A DNA stretch of 64,000 nucleotides from contig JARVGK010000010.1 in the NCBI GenBank assembly GCA_029762535.1, positions 1 to 64,000 of the forward strand, given 5' to 3'. The translations under genes were made by a program, and so were the position numbers. Shown here one piece after another: positions 37,735 through 47,385 of this stretch (within the stretch, counting starts at the first letter, position 1; each line of letters opens with the position of its first letter). The notes under the pieces were generated by a model, which saw only the letters and a program-made list of their open reading frames with translations, was not told the DNA's origin and made no database searches. Source of the DNA: Thermoplasmatota archaeon. Lineage in GTDB: Archaea > Thermoplasmatota > Penumbrarchaeia > Penumbrarchaeales > Penumbrarchaeaceae.

Positions 37735-39060
37735 TCACAGGTCCTCGAGGACCCTCGATGCGGCATCGCGGACCGGTGCCACCTTCTCCTCGGGGCAGGA
37801 TATCATCATGCACCAGGGGACCGTGGGCCTGTGCTGCAGGCTCCTGGCTATCGATGAGAGCTTGGACAAGGGGGTCGGCCTCTCCGACATAACCTTTATA
37901 TCCGTCCTCTTGAGCCTCGGCTCCGAGAGCGTGAGAGCCGGATCGGGGACGTCGATTATCACCTGTCCCTCCTTGACCCCTGCCCTTCTGGCTATCCTGT
38001 CCTCCATTACCGTCCTCGCCCTGTCGTCGGATGCCTCCCGGACGATCTCCCTGGTCCTCAATGAAAGCTCGTCATCCCCCAGGGCGTCCTCGGATTCGAT
38101 CCGGAACGCGGCCTTGAAGAGCCTTCTCATCCTCAGCCTTCTTACGATATCTCCGGTCAGGCCCTCCTCCTTCCTCAGGGTGAACAGGACCTCGGCGTCC
38201 GAGAGGTTCCAGATCCCGAGGAGCCTGTCATCGTTCAATCCCGAGACCGCCCTGCAGAGCATGGATTCCGCAATTCGGGCCGTCTTGTGGAAGTACACGG
38301 ACGAATACATCAGTGATCGCGCCACGAGCATGCCCTCAAGGGCGGAGATCCCCCTCTTGTGGATCATAAGCTCGCCGTTTACGAGGACCGCCGTCTGGAC
38401 GATCCTGTCGATGTCTATGGTCCCGTGGGCGGCCCCCGTGTAATGGGAGTCCCTGAGAAGGAAGTCCAGCTGGTCCGCGTCCAGGGCCGAGTGGATTATC
38501 TGGCGCATGTACTGCGGCGTATCATCCCCCGCCTCCACCTCAAGAGGGAGCCTCAGTTCCACAATGCCCCCGTTCTTCTCCTGGCATACGAGAGAGGCGA
38601 TGTATCCGGGGTCCAGCCCGTGCCTCTCGAGTATGTCCGGGATCCTCCGCGCCTCCCAGGACGGGTCCGTCCACTCGCTGAGGTCCAGGTCCACCATGCC
38701 TGTTATCAGGTCCCGGGTCAGCTCCATGTGGTCGAGCCCGATCCTGTCGTGGAATATGCCCTCCAGAGTGTGCGAGAAGGGGCCGTGGCCCACGTCGTGT
38801 AGCAGTCCAGCCGCCCTGAGTATCGCGGCCTCCTCCTCGCCAAGGCCCAGCTCCCTAGCGAGCAGCCCGGCGACGAAGGATACGCCCATGGAATGCTCCA
38901 ATCGCGTGTGCTGTGCCCCCGGAAACACCAGATAGGCCAATCCCAGCTGCTTTATCTGGTTCAGCCGGATGATCTGAGGGGATCCCAGAAGCTCGAGAAG
39001 GGCTCCCTCGAACCTGATCGTCCCGTGGACCGGGTCGTTTATGGTCTTGATCTCTCCCAT
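37735..39060 (-). CDS. HD-domain phosphohydrolase (SAMHD1/dNTP triphosphohydrolase-like)
   Basis: INDPVHG, RLNQIKQLG, HTRLEHSMG, LLHDVGHGPFSH, DADQLDFLLRDS, VYFHK. Confidence 0.92.
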   Translation of the reverse strand: MGEIKTINDPVHGTIRFEGALLELLGSPQIIRLNQIKQLGLAYLVFPGAQHTRLEHSMGVSFVAGLLARELGLGEEEAAILRAAGLLHDVGHGPFSHTLEGIFHDRIGLDHMELTRDLITGMVDLDLSEWTDPSWEARRIPDILERHGLDPGYIASLVCQEKNGGIVELRLPLEVEAGDDTPQYMRQIIHSALDADQLDFLLRDSHYTGAAHGTIDIDRIVQTAVLVNGELMIHKRGISALEGMLVARSLMYSSVYFHKTARIAESMLCRAVSGLNDDRLLGIWNLSDAEVLFTLRKEEGLTGDIVRRLRMRRLFKAAFRIESEDALGDDELSLRTREIVREASDDRARTVMEDRIARRAGVKEGQVIIDVPDPALTLSEPRLKRTDIKVMSERPTPLSKLSSIARSLQHRPTVPWCMMISCPEEKVAPVRDAASRVLEDL

Positions 39061-39127
39061 GGAAAGGGGTCATGCGACGGAAGGGTATATGATTTTTCAC
39101 TTCAGGTCGCAAGATCGAAGACCGCGT

Positions 39128-40336
39128 TCATATGGACCCGAACTCGATCGCTATCTTTTTGCCGTATCCCCTGCATTCTTCGAGGGAGGCCTCATCGGGG
39201 TTCCAGAGGGCCTTGACGCCGTCGTCGATCACTTCGAGACCAGCATTCTCAAGAAGGCCCTTGAGCATCGACGGGGATTCCCCGCTCCATCCGTAGCAGC
39301 CGAACACGGCCGCCTTCTTCCCCTTGAAGCCAAGGCCGCGTACCTCCTCCATTATCCCGGCGACCGCGGTGAGGATCCCCCTGTTGATGGTCGGGGATCC
39401 CACAACGACCCCCTTGGACCTGAAGATCTCGGTTATCACGTCGTTCTTGTCGCTCTGGGAGAGGTTGAACAGCTTCACCACAACCTCCGGGTCCTCCAAC
39501 GTCGCTCCCTTGGCGATCTCCTCGGCCATCCTTCGGGTCCCGCCCCACATGGTGTCGTACAGGATGGTTATCTGGTCCTCTTTGTAGGCCTGGGACCATT
39601 CCATGTATCTATTGACGATCTGTATCGGGTCCTTCCTCCAGATCACCCCGTGGCTGGTGCATATCATATCGAGGGGGACGTTCAGAGATACGAACTCCTC
39701 GATCTTCCTCTTGACAAGGGCGGAGAAGGGCGTGAGTATGTTGGCGTAGTATTTCATGCACTCCGTCCACAGCTCGCAGGGGTCAACGAGATCGTTGAAC
39801 ATCTTCTCCGAGGCGTAGTGCTGGCCGAAGGCATCGTTGCTGAAAAGAACGTTGTCCTCCGTCATATAACAGAACATGCTGTCGGGCCAGTGCAGCATCG
39901 GGGCCTCGATGAAGATGAGCTTCTTCCCGTTGCCCAGATCGAGGGTGTCCCCGGTCTTGACCGGATGGAAGTCCCAGTCCTTGTGATAATGACCCTTAAT
40001 CGATCTGATCCCGTTCGCAGTGCAGTATATCGGGACGTCGGGGATCTCCTCCATGAGCCGGGGTAATGCCCCGGAGTGGTCTATCTCCGCGTGGTTGGCT
40101 ATGATATGATCTATCCTCGAGAGATCGATCTCCTTCTTCAGGTTCTCTACATACTCATCGGCAAAAGGAGCCCATACCGTATCGATGATCGCCACCTTCT
40201 CCTCCTCTATCAGGTAGGAGTTGTAGGTGGATCCCTTGTGGGTAGAATATTCGTCACCGTGGAACTTCCTGAGCTCCCAGTCTATCTTCCCGATCCAGCT
40301 TATGTTGTTCTTTACCTTGAGCCTCATTTCGGCCAC
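39128..40336 (-). CDS. fprA: Flavodiiron protein (FprA / NO or O2 reductase)
   Basis: GSTYNSYLI, NHAEIDHSG, LHWPD, SNDAFGQH; flavodoxin domain YDTMWGGT, GCYGWSGE. Confidence 0.93.
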   Translation of the reverse strand: MAEMRLKVKNNISWIGKIDWELRKFHGDEYSTHKGSTYNSYLIEEEKVAIIDTVWAPFADEYVENLKKEIDLSRIDHIIANHAEIDHSGALPRLMEEIPDVPIYCTANGIRSIKGHYHKDWDFHPVKTGDTLDLGNGKKLIFIEAPMLHWPDSMFCYMTEDNVLFSNDAFGQHYASEKMFNDLVDPCELWTECMKYYANILTPFSALVKRKIEEFVSLNVPLDMICTSHGVIWRKDPIQIVNRYMEWSQAYKEDQITILYDTMWGGTRRMAEEIAKGATLEDPEVVVKLFNLSQSDKNDVITEIFRSKGVVVGSPTINRGILTAVAGIMEEVRGLGFKGKKAAVFGCYGWSGESPSMLKGLLENAGLEVIDDGVKALWNPDEASLEECRGYGKKIAIEFGSI

Positions 40337-40623
40337 CTTCTGATCAAAGGTATATATTTTATACTATATCACATGTGGAGTTTCAAATTGTATAGCGAGG
40401 GCCGGATAAGATAGCATTTGGCCTTGATCCCGGCGCTCCCAAAGCATGGAGAGGATATGGCGGGGTAGGAAGCACTTCTTCTTTACAGTGATCCGATCGA
40501 TCTTCCGTGATGTCCGTACTTCTATGGATCCCTCGTAAAGTTAATTACGGTGTAAAGGGCCTTAAGGTAGTGTTCCTATAGGGAACATGACAGCTCGGAA
40601 GCGGGCCTTGAGGAGGCAGAAAA

Positions 40624-43600
40624 ATGGGATCGTCGTATGCCAGGGCATTGATGGCCGCGATAGCGATGACGCTGTTCTTCGTCCCATCGGGGATGATCAG
40701 CGGCTCGGAGGATGATGTGTACGAGGCGCCCTTTGATGTTATCCAACTTACCATCGAAGGCGGCCTCGATGCGGTCTTCATCGAGAACAGGGGACAGTGG
40801 GATCCCGAGGTCATGTTCGTGGCGAGGACGGGATATGGCCAGGTCGGATTCACGAAAGACGGAATATACCACAACGTTGTGATTGTCGAGAGGACCGAGC
40901 CTGAACGAAGGGGCATGACCGGGGCGGCCTCGGCCGACTCATGCCTGGTTGGCATCGGGTTCTCGGGATCCAACCCCGCGACCCCAGTGGGCGTCGATGT
41001 TCTCCCGACCGAATACAATTACTTCCTCGGGTCCGATCCCTCAAGATGGGCCTCGGGGGTAAGCGCCTACTCGTCCATTGTTTACAGGGATCTCTGGGAC
41101 GGGATCGATCTGATATACAAAGGGGGTCCGGACGGCCTCAAGTACGACATCGTCCTTCGCCCGGGGGCGGATCCCGACTCCGTCCGGTTCGAGGTGGATG
41201 ATTCGACCCTCCTCTCGGTCCGGGGAGATTCCCTCCACATAGGTACCCCTCTCGGAATGGACCTCGTCGATGGCGGGCTCAGGACATTCTACATGGACAC
41301 CATGGAGCCGATCCCTTCCTCATTTTCGTTGGATGGGGGCCTCTTCGGATTCTCGCTCTCATCCTATGATAAGGACAGGAGCGTCGTCATCGATCCGACC
41401 GTGAACCTCCTGGCCCTGAACTTCTCCACGTTCATCGGAGGAAGTAGTAGCGACTACCCTTACGAGATGGACGTGGACGCATCGGGGAACGTCTTCGTGT
41501 GCGGAGCGACATACTCTACGAACTTCCCCACCATCAGGGGGCAGTCTTACCAGGAGAGGATCAATGGATACGGCGACGCCTTCGTACTCAAGCTCGATTC
41601 CGCCGGCAGGAGCCTGCTCATCTGCACCTACATCGGAGGCTCCAGCTCTGATGAGGCCACGAGCATCAAGGTCGATGATAACGGCGACTGCTACGTCGCC
41701 GGTGTCACGACCTCGGAGGACTTCCCCACGACGAAGGACGCCTACAACGACACCCTCTACAGCAGTTCACTGGACCTATTCATACTCAAGCTCAACAGCA
41801 GGGGCAGCGATCTCATTTACTCCACGTATCTGGGCGGAGCGGATTATGATTATTTTCCCAGGATCGATATCGATGATTCCGGGAACGTCTACCTTGCAGC
41901 CTCGACAATATCCGATAATTTTCCCATTACCTCAAATGCTTATCAGAACACGCTCATCCCCGACCCGTGGGGGGGGTGGGCCTGGGACATGGTGTTCCTC
42001 AAGATGGACCTCTCGAAAATGGATCTGATCTATTCCTCTTACCTCGGTGGCGAAGGTTCCGACATCTCCACTTCGATACGATACGACGATGCCGGCAGCG
42101 TGTACATGGGTGGCTACACGGATTCCTCGGACTTCAATGTTACCAGCGGAGCTTATCAGGGAACAATTAATGGAAGGACGGACGGATTCGTCTTCAAGTT
42201 CGACATGACGGCAAAAAGCATGACCTACTGCACCTACTTCGGAGGGACCAGCGGTAGTACATACATCAGCGACATGGACATCGACGAGTCGGGAAACGTC
42301 TATGCATGTGGTGAGACAGATTCTCAAAACCTCCCCGTTACCATCGGTGCGTACGACGCCCAGATGGACGGAGGGGCTGACGCGTTCGTCATGCGCCTCA
42401 ACTCCGCAGGGAGCGGGCTAGTATTCTGCACCTTCGCCGGCGGTTCGGGATACGAAAGCTTCCAGGGCATAAGCCTGGACGATGAACTGGACATCCATCT
42501 CTCGGGGTATATCTACGACACCTTCGATTTCCCCATGCCGAACGGCGTGTTCCAGCCTTCGGCCGGTGGCGGATTGCAGGAGGGTGTGTACATGAAGCTC
42601 TCGAACGACGGCAGCGAGAACCTCTACTCAACGTACGTCGGGGGGGTCAGCTATGATGAATGCACGGATGTGGTAGTGTGCCCGAACAGCCAGGAGCCGA
42701 TCGTACTCGGGTCCACATCTTCCTCCGACTTCCCGACCAAGGGCGGGTCCTACGACACCACCCACAACGGGGCCGACGATATCTTCGTGCTCAAGCTCAT
42801 ACTCTCCCTGCCCCCGGACCCGCCGGGGACCCCTGTCGCGTCAGCGGGCGATTCCTTCGTCAACCTCTCATGGGATCCCCCCGCCATCGACGGAGGGGCT
42901 CCTGTCACCGATTACGAGGTGCATCGAGGGACCAAGTCCGGATCCCTCTCGAGGATCGCCTTCACGGAAGGGAACAGCTCGTACAACGATACCTCCGTCA
43001 CCAACGGGATCAAGTACTACTATGCCGTCCTCGCCGTTAACAGGATGGGGCCGGGAAAGCTCTCCGACGAGATCATTGCCCTGCCGGCGACCGTTCCCAC
43101 GCCTCCCCGTAACGTCGTGGCAAGATACAGCAACAGGTTCGTCAACCTGACGTGGATCGCTCCGGAGGACGACGGAGGCCTCGTGCTTCAGGGCTTTTAT
43201 CTCTACAAGTTCACCGGGTCATCGCAGACCCCCGAGGTCTCCACGATAGAGCCCTACATCAAGACCTATTCCGACGAATCGGTCACGAACGGCATCAACT
43301 ACCGCTATTTCCTCACCGCCTTCAATACCATGGGGGAATCCCCGCCCTCGATCGAGGTAAACGCGACCCCGAGGACAAGGCCGGGGATGGTGGAGGACGT
43401 GGTCATAAGTACGGGACCTGAGTTCATCAGCCTGAGATGGAGCGCCCCTGAATGGGACGGCGGCAGCCCGATCCTGAACTACACCATATTCAGGGCGGTC
43501 CAGAGCGGGTCCTTCGCGAGATACGTCACCCTCCCGGCGATGCCGAGGATCTTCAACGACACGGGGCTGGAGAACGGCCTCAGATATCGATACAAGCTCA

Positions 43601-45258
43601 TAGCCCTCAACTCGGAAGGGTCGGGCGATCCCACGGACGAGGTCTCGGCCGTTCCTCTTGATCGGCCCTCCATGCCAACGAACTTCGAGGTGGAGGCGTT
43701 CTCCAACTCCGTCAAGATAACGTGGGGGCAGCCGTTGAGGGATGGTGGCACCCCGGTGCTGGGCTTCAACATCTACCGCGCGGAAAAGAGCATGATATGG
43801 AGCAACATTCGAGAGCTAGACGTACTGGACGAGTCCTACACGGACAACAGCGTCATCAACGGAAGGACGTACATCTACAGGATGACGGCCCTAAACGATG
43901 TGGGCGAATCGGAACACACCGAAGAGATCAACGTAACGCCCCTCGGCAGGCCCGGATCGCCGATGGGTTACAACATAGAGGCCGGGGACAGGTTCGTTAT
44001 CCTGAGCTGGGAGACGCCCCTCGACCACGGAGGGACCCCCGTCACCGGATTCAAGGTGTTCAGGGGCGAGTCCTCGCAGGAGATGGGGCTATACGCAACC
44101 ATTGAAGGCCCGGAACACACCTACAACGACACAAAGGTCAAGAACGGCCTCACATATTATTACAAGGTAGCGGCGACGAACGCCGTTGGCGACGGGCCCT
44201 TCACGGAAGCGAAGAGCGCAAGGCCCGCTTGGGTCCCGTCCCCTCCGTCGAACGTTCAGGTGACACCAGGGGACGGATTCGTGGACATATCCTGGGGACC
44301 TCCCATGAACGACGGCGGTGACCCGGTCACCGAGCTCAGGATTTTCAGGGGAACTGACCCGAACTCAAGCGTCCCCCTCCTTACATCCAGCGTCCTAACC
44401 GGATCCTACAGGGACACGACGGTGACCAACGGTGTGGAGTATTATTACAGCATGTCCTCATCTAATTCCATAGGGGAGAGCATCAGGACCACTCCGGCTC
44501 CCGCGATGCCCTCGGGCAAACCCACTGCGCCCAGGAACGTCATCTCGACCGCAGGTTCCGGGTCAGTTAGGGTGACCTGGGATGCGCCATCCAGCACGGG
44601 CGGTCTTCCCCTCACTGGCTACAATATATACAGGACATCGACCACGAAAGGCAGCATTCTCATCGGGGACGTCGGCCCGGATGTTCTGGAGTACAGCGAC
44701 CGCAACGTTGTCTCCGGTGGGACGTATCTTTACAGGATCTCCGCGGTGAATGCGAACGGCGAGGGCCCGCAGTCAGAGTCCGTAGAGGCCTACATCACCG
44801 AAAAAGCGGACCACACTCTGGTCATCGTCGTCGCTTCCATGATCGTCCTGGTAATGATCATACTCGCCATCGCGCTCGCGGTCTTCCTATCGAGGAAAAA
44901 GAAGAAACAACAGCAGATGCCGCAGCAGGCCCCTGCCCCTGGCATGATGGCGCCTCCGCCTTACCCGCTCGCCGCGGGCCAGGCGTACCCGGGGATGATG
45001 ATGCCCGCCCCGTCCACGCCCCTCCCGCCCGGCACCCCGCAGGAAGGGCTGCCTCCCAGCGAACCGCGGGTATCCCTGCCCGTGTATCAAAATGAGGAGG
45101 CCCCGGTGGAGGACGAGCCTGAGAAGAGCGATCCCGGGGAACATGTCCAACAGGAAGAGAACGAGGGAACATCCGTCGAACCTCCGATCGATGCATCGCC
45201 AGAGCCCGAGGTCCAGGACGACGACCCGTTGAAGGGTTTCTACAACGAGGAGCAATAA
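40624..45258 (+). CDS. Large surface protein: SBBP beta-propeller, 7 FN3 repeats, TM and Pro-rich/acidic cytoplasmic tail
   Basis: FIENRGQW, NYFLGSDPSRW, STYLGG repeats; seven P..P..V...LxWxxP..DGG...YxYxVxAxN FN3 units; TM followed by RKKKKQQQ and a Pro-rich tail. Confidence 0.88.
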   Translation: MGSSYARALMAAIAMTLFFVPSGMISGSEDDVYEAPFDVIQLTIEGGLDAVFIENRGQWDPEVMFVARTGYGQVGFTKDGIYHNVVIVERTEPERRGMTGAASADSCLVGIGFSGSNPATPVGVDVLPTEYNYFLGSDPSRWASGVSAYSSIVYRDLWDGIDLIYKGGPDGLKYDIVLRPGADPDSVRFEVDDSTLLSVRGDSLHIGTPLGMDLVDGGLRTFYMDTMEPIPSSFSLDGGLFGFSLSSYDKDRSVVIDPTVNLLALNFSTFIGGSSSDYPYEMDVDASGNVFVCGATYSTNFPTIRGQSYQERINGYGDAFVLKLDSAGRSLLICTYIGGSSSDEATSIKVDDNGDCYVAGVTTSEDFPTTKDAYNDTLYSSSLDLFILKLNSRGSDLIYSTYLGGADYDYFPRIDIDDSGNVYLAASTISDNFPITSNAYQNTLIPDPWGGWAWDMVFLKMDLSKMDLIYSSYLGGEGSDISTSIRYDDAGSVYMGGYTDSSDFNVTSGAYQGTINGRTDGFVFKFDMTAKSMTYCTYFGGTSGSTYISDMDIDESGNVYACGETDSQNLPVTIGAYDAQMDGGADAFVMRLNSAGSGLVFCTFAGGSGYESFQGISLDDELDIHLSGYIYDTFDFPMPNGVFQPSAGGGLQEGVYMKLSNDGSENLYSTYVGGVSYDECTDVVVCPNSQEPIVLGSTSSSDFPTKGGSYDTTHNGADDIFVLKLILSLPPDPPGTPVASAGDSFVNLSWDPPAIDGGAPVTDYEVHRGTKSGSLSRIAFTEGNSSYNDTSVTNGIKYYYAVLAVNRMGPGKLSDEIIALPATVPTPPRNVVARYSNRFVNLTWIAPEDDGGLVLQGFYLYKFTGSSQTPEVSTIEPYIKTYSDESVTNGINYRYFLTAFNTMGESPPSIEVNATPRTRPGMVEDVVISTGPEFISLRWSAPEWDGGSPILNYTIFRAVQSGSFARYVTLPAMPRIFNDTGLENGLRYRYKLIALNSEGSGDPTDEVSAVPLDRPSMPTNFEVEAFSNSVKITWGQPLRDGGTPVLGFNIYRAEKSMIWSNIRELDVLDESYTDNSVINGRTYIYRMTALNDVGESEHTEEINVTPLGRPGSPMGYNIEAGDRFVILSWETPLDHGGTPVTGFKVFRGESSQEMGLYATIEGPEHTYNDTKVKNGLTYYYKVAATNAVGDGPFTEAKSARPAWVPSPPSNVQVTPGDGFVDISWGPPMNDGGDPVTELRIFRGTDPNSSVPLLTSSVLTGSYRDTTVTNGVEYYYSMSSSNSIGESIRTTPAPAMPSGKPTAPRNVISTAGSGSVRVTWDAPSSTGGLPLTGYNIYRTSTTKGSILIGDVGPDVLEYSDRNVVSGGTYLYRISAVNANGEGPQSESVEAYITEKADHTLVIVVASMIVLVMIILAIALAVFLSRKKKKQQQMPQQAPAPGMMAPPPYPLAAGQAYPGMMMPAPSTPLPPGTPQEGLPPSEPRVSLPVYQNEEAPVEDEPEKSDPGEHVQQEENEGTSVEPPIDASPEPEVQDDDPLKGFYNEEQ

Positions 45259-45284
45259 GGGCTTCCTCCATCTATTTATCCGAA

Positions 45285-46169
45285 ATGGGCCATACATGTG
45301 CCATGACGGACCTGACCGATGAGGAGCGAACCCTGCTCCGCTCCTATCTGACATACGATTCCGGCCGAGGGGATCCCTCGACGATGCCCCTTGAAGGCCT
45401 CTCGGGAAAGGCGATGGTCCTGGCCGAGGGTGACTGCTTGCTCTCTGGGCTGGAGGCGGCCGTTCACCTCTTCGAGATCTCGGGCTGCGAGGTCATTGTT
45501 CCAGAAGGCATGGAAAGCGGCGGAAAGGTGGTCGATGGGTGGACGGTCCTCGAGGTGAGGGGGCCACTGCCGGGGATGCTCCGGTGCGAACGGACGGCGC
45601 TAAACGTCCTTTCCAGGATGTCATCCATAGCGACATACGCCTCCGAGCTGGTCGATATGGTCCGTTCCTCTGGGTCCGACTGCCGCCTGGCTGGAACGAG
45701 GAAGACCACCCCGGGCTTCGGACCATTCGAGAAGCGCGCCCTCATCGACGGCGGTGCACTGCCGCACAGGATGACCCTCTCCGATGCGTGCATGTTCAAG
45801 GACAATCACATTGCGTCCCTCAAAGTGAACGGTTCGAGCCTGAAGGAAGCTTTGGAGGCCGTTCGAAAAATGCGGGGTCCCTATCTTCTCATCGAGGCGG
45901 AGGCCGAGGATGGGGAAACGGCCATGGAGGCTCTCACATCCGGTGCGGACGTTATCATGATAGACAACGCCACTATTGCGTCCTTCACAGACCTGGCAAT
46001 GGAACTAAGGCAGAGGGCGCGCGAACTCGGAAGGAGCATCGTCATCGAGGCATCGGGAGGGATCGATGCTTCGAACCTGCTGGAATATACCCCCCACGCC
46101 GATGTCGTTTCAATGGGCGCCCTAACCTATCCCCCGGTCCATGTCTCGTTCAGAATGGAGATCATCTGA
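45285..46169 (+). CDS. nadC: Nicotinate-nucleotide diphosphorylase (quinolinate phosphoribosyltransferase)
   Basis: ERTALN, GTRKTTPG, HRMTLSD, KDNH, IMIDN, EASGGI; start may be 45303. Confidence 0.93.
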   Translation: MGHTCAMTDLTDEERTLLRSYLTYDSGRGDPSTMPLEGLSGKAMVLAEGDCLLSGLEAAVHLFEISGCEVIVPEGMESGGKVVDGWTVLEVRGPLPGMLRCERTALNVLSRMSSIATYASELVDMVRSSGSDCRLAGTRKTTPGFGPFEKRALIDGGALPHRMTLSDACMFKDNHIASLKVNGSSLKEALEAVRKMRGPYLLIEAEAEDGETAMEALTSGADVIMIDNATIASFTDLAMELRQRARELGRSIVIEASGGIDASNLLEYTPHADVVSMGALTYPPVHVSFRMEII

Positions 46170-46204
46170 GCGCTCATGTGCACAAAAGTATTATTAAACA
46201 GTGC

Positions 46205-46310
46205 GTACATATTTCATCAGCGGCGGAGCGCAGAATGACTTCTTCATCCCCCAGAACCCCCCCTAATCACCCGCGCTCCGTCAAGGCGGGGAGAGGTCTC
46301 CCCGCCGTAC
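46205..46310. ncRNA. Candidate small structured RNA (two GC-rich hairpins), strand unresolved
   Basis: Stem 46224-46231/46273-46280 and perfect inverted repeat 46285-46294/46297-46306 in an intergenic gap with TATA-like boxes on both sides. Confidence 0.4.
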
Positions 46311-46362
46311 CCTCCTCTTGGCAAGGGTTAAGTTTTTATGCCTTTTCGCTTTGGGCGGGCAT

Positions 46363-46860
46363 GTGAAGGCACTCGTCGTCTATTACACCCGAACGGGAAG
46401 GACCCAAGCAGCTGCGAGACAGGTCTCCGAGATCCTCAAATGCGATGTCGAAGGCATCAGGGAGGGTATGTCAAGAAAAGGGCTTCTCGGCTATCTTCGC
46501 TCGGGGATCGACGGCCTGTTGAAGAGGCGCTCACCGATAATCCCTCCCAGAAAGGACCCCTCCAAATACGATCTTCTGATACTCGGGACCCCACTCTGGG
46601 CGGGAAGGATATCCTCCCCGGCCCGCTCGTATCTGGCGGGATTCGCCAGGTCCCTACCCCCTACGATACTTCTGTGCACATCCTCGGGGACAGCGACGAA
46701 GGATGTATCCAGCGATTTCGAGGCGGAGGCCGGGAACGAACCTCTCGACGTCCATTTCGTAAGCGAGGAAGAGGCATCGGATCCAAGGACCATCGTCGGG
46801 TTGAGGATATTCCTCGACCGGGTCCTCGAAAGGTTCTCCACTGGTACGATGCCGGCATGA
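46363..46860 (+). CDS. Flavodoxin-like protein
   Basis: (M)KALVVYYTRTGRT, YDLLILGTPLWAG, CTSSG; GTG start at 46363. Confidence 0.85.
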   Translation: MKALVVYYTRTGRTQAAARQVSEILKCDVEGIREGMSRKGLLGYLRSGIDGLLKRRSPIIPPRKDPSKYDLLILGTPLWAGRISSPARSYLAGFARSLPPTILLCTSSGTATKDVSSDFEAEAGNEPLDVHFVSEEEASDPRTIVGLRIFLDRVLERFSTGTMPA

Positions 46861-46907
46861 TAAGGTTTATCACCCAACAGGGCCTTCATGAGACCCGGGG
46901 GAATCAA

Positions 46908-47309
46908 ATGGCCAGGAGACGGACGTTCGGAAATTTCTTCACGTTCAGATGGATGATCACTCCGGGGATCATCAGAATATTCTACGTCATAGGACTGATA
47001 CTTGACAATCTGCTTCTGCTCGCGGCCACGATCGGAGGCATAGCCGCGATGATAATCATCGGAAGGGACCTGGAACTGGATACGCTCATCATCGTCGGTT
47101 CCATCGTTGGCATCCTGGTGCTGTCCCTCATCACGTTCATCATTATGAACCTGTTATGGAGGATGTTCTGCGAGCAGATCATACTCTTCTTCTCGTTGCA
47201 CGAGATGCTATCGACCATCGAGGGGGATGTCAGGGAGCGGATCAAGGAGCGTAAGAGAAAGGAGAAGGAGGAAAAAGAAGAAGAGGTCGCCTCCTCCGAC
47301 GAAGAATGA
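46908..47309 (+). CDS. DUF4282-like membrane protein
   Basis: FFTFRWMITPGIIRIFY...WRMFCEQIILFF; C-terminal part of track ORF 46338..47309, real start likely ATG 46908. Confidence 0.75.
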   Translation: MARRRTFGNFFTFRWMITPGIIRIFYVIGLILDNLLLLAATIGGIAAMIIIGRDLELDTLIIVGSIVGILVLSLITFIIMNLLWRMFCEQIILFFSLHEMLSTIEGDVRERIKERKRKEKEEKEEEVASSDEE

Positions 47310-47385
47310 ACGCCCTTCGCTTGCAAAAAAGGTTTTAACGGGCTTATCTTCACCCCATGGTACCGCTCGTCAAAGGTGATATGAG

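Noticed and set aside
37726-37800. Possible TAG readthrough or frameshift restoring a second TBP repeat
   Set aside because: Downstream sequence is the antisense of the convergent HD gene and shows no TBP similarity.
46214-46220. CUGAUGA on the minus strand (hammerhead ribozyme core)
   Set aside because: No correctly placed stem II, GAAA or UH elements.
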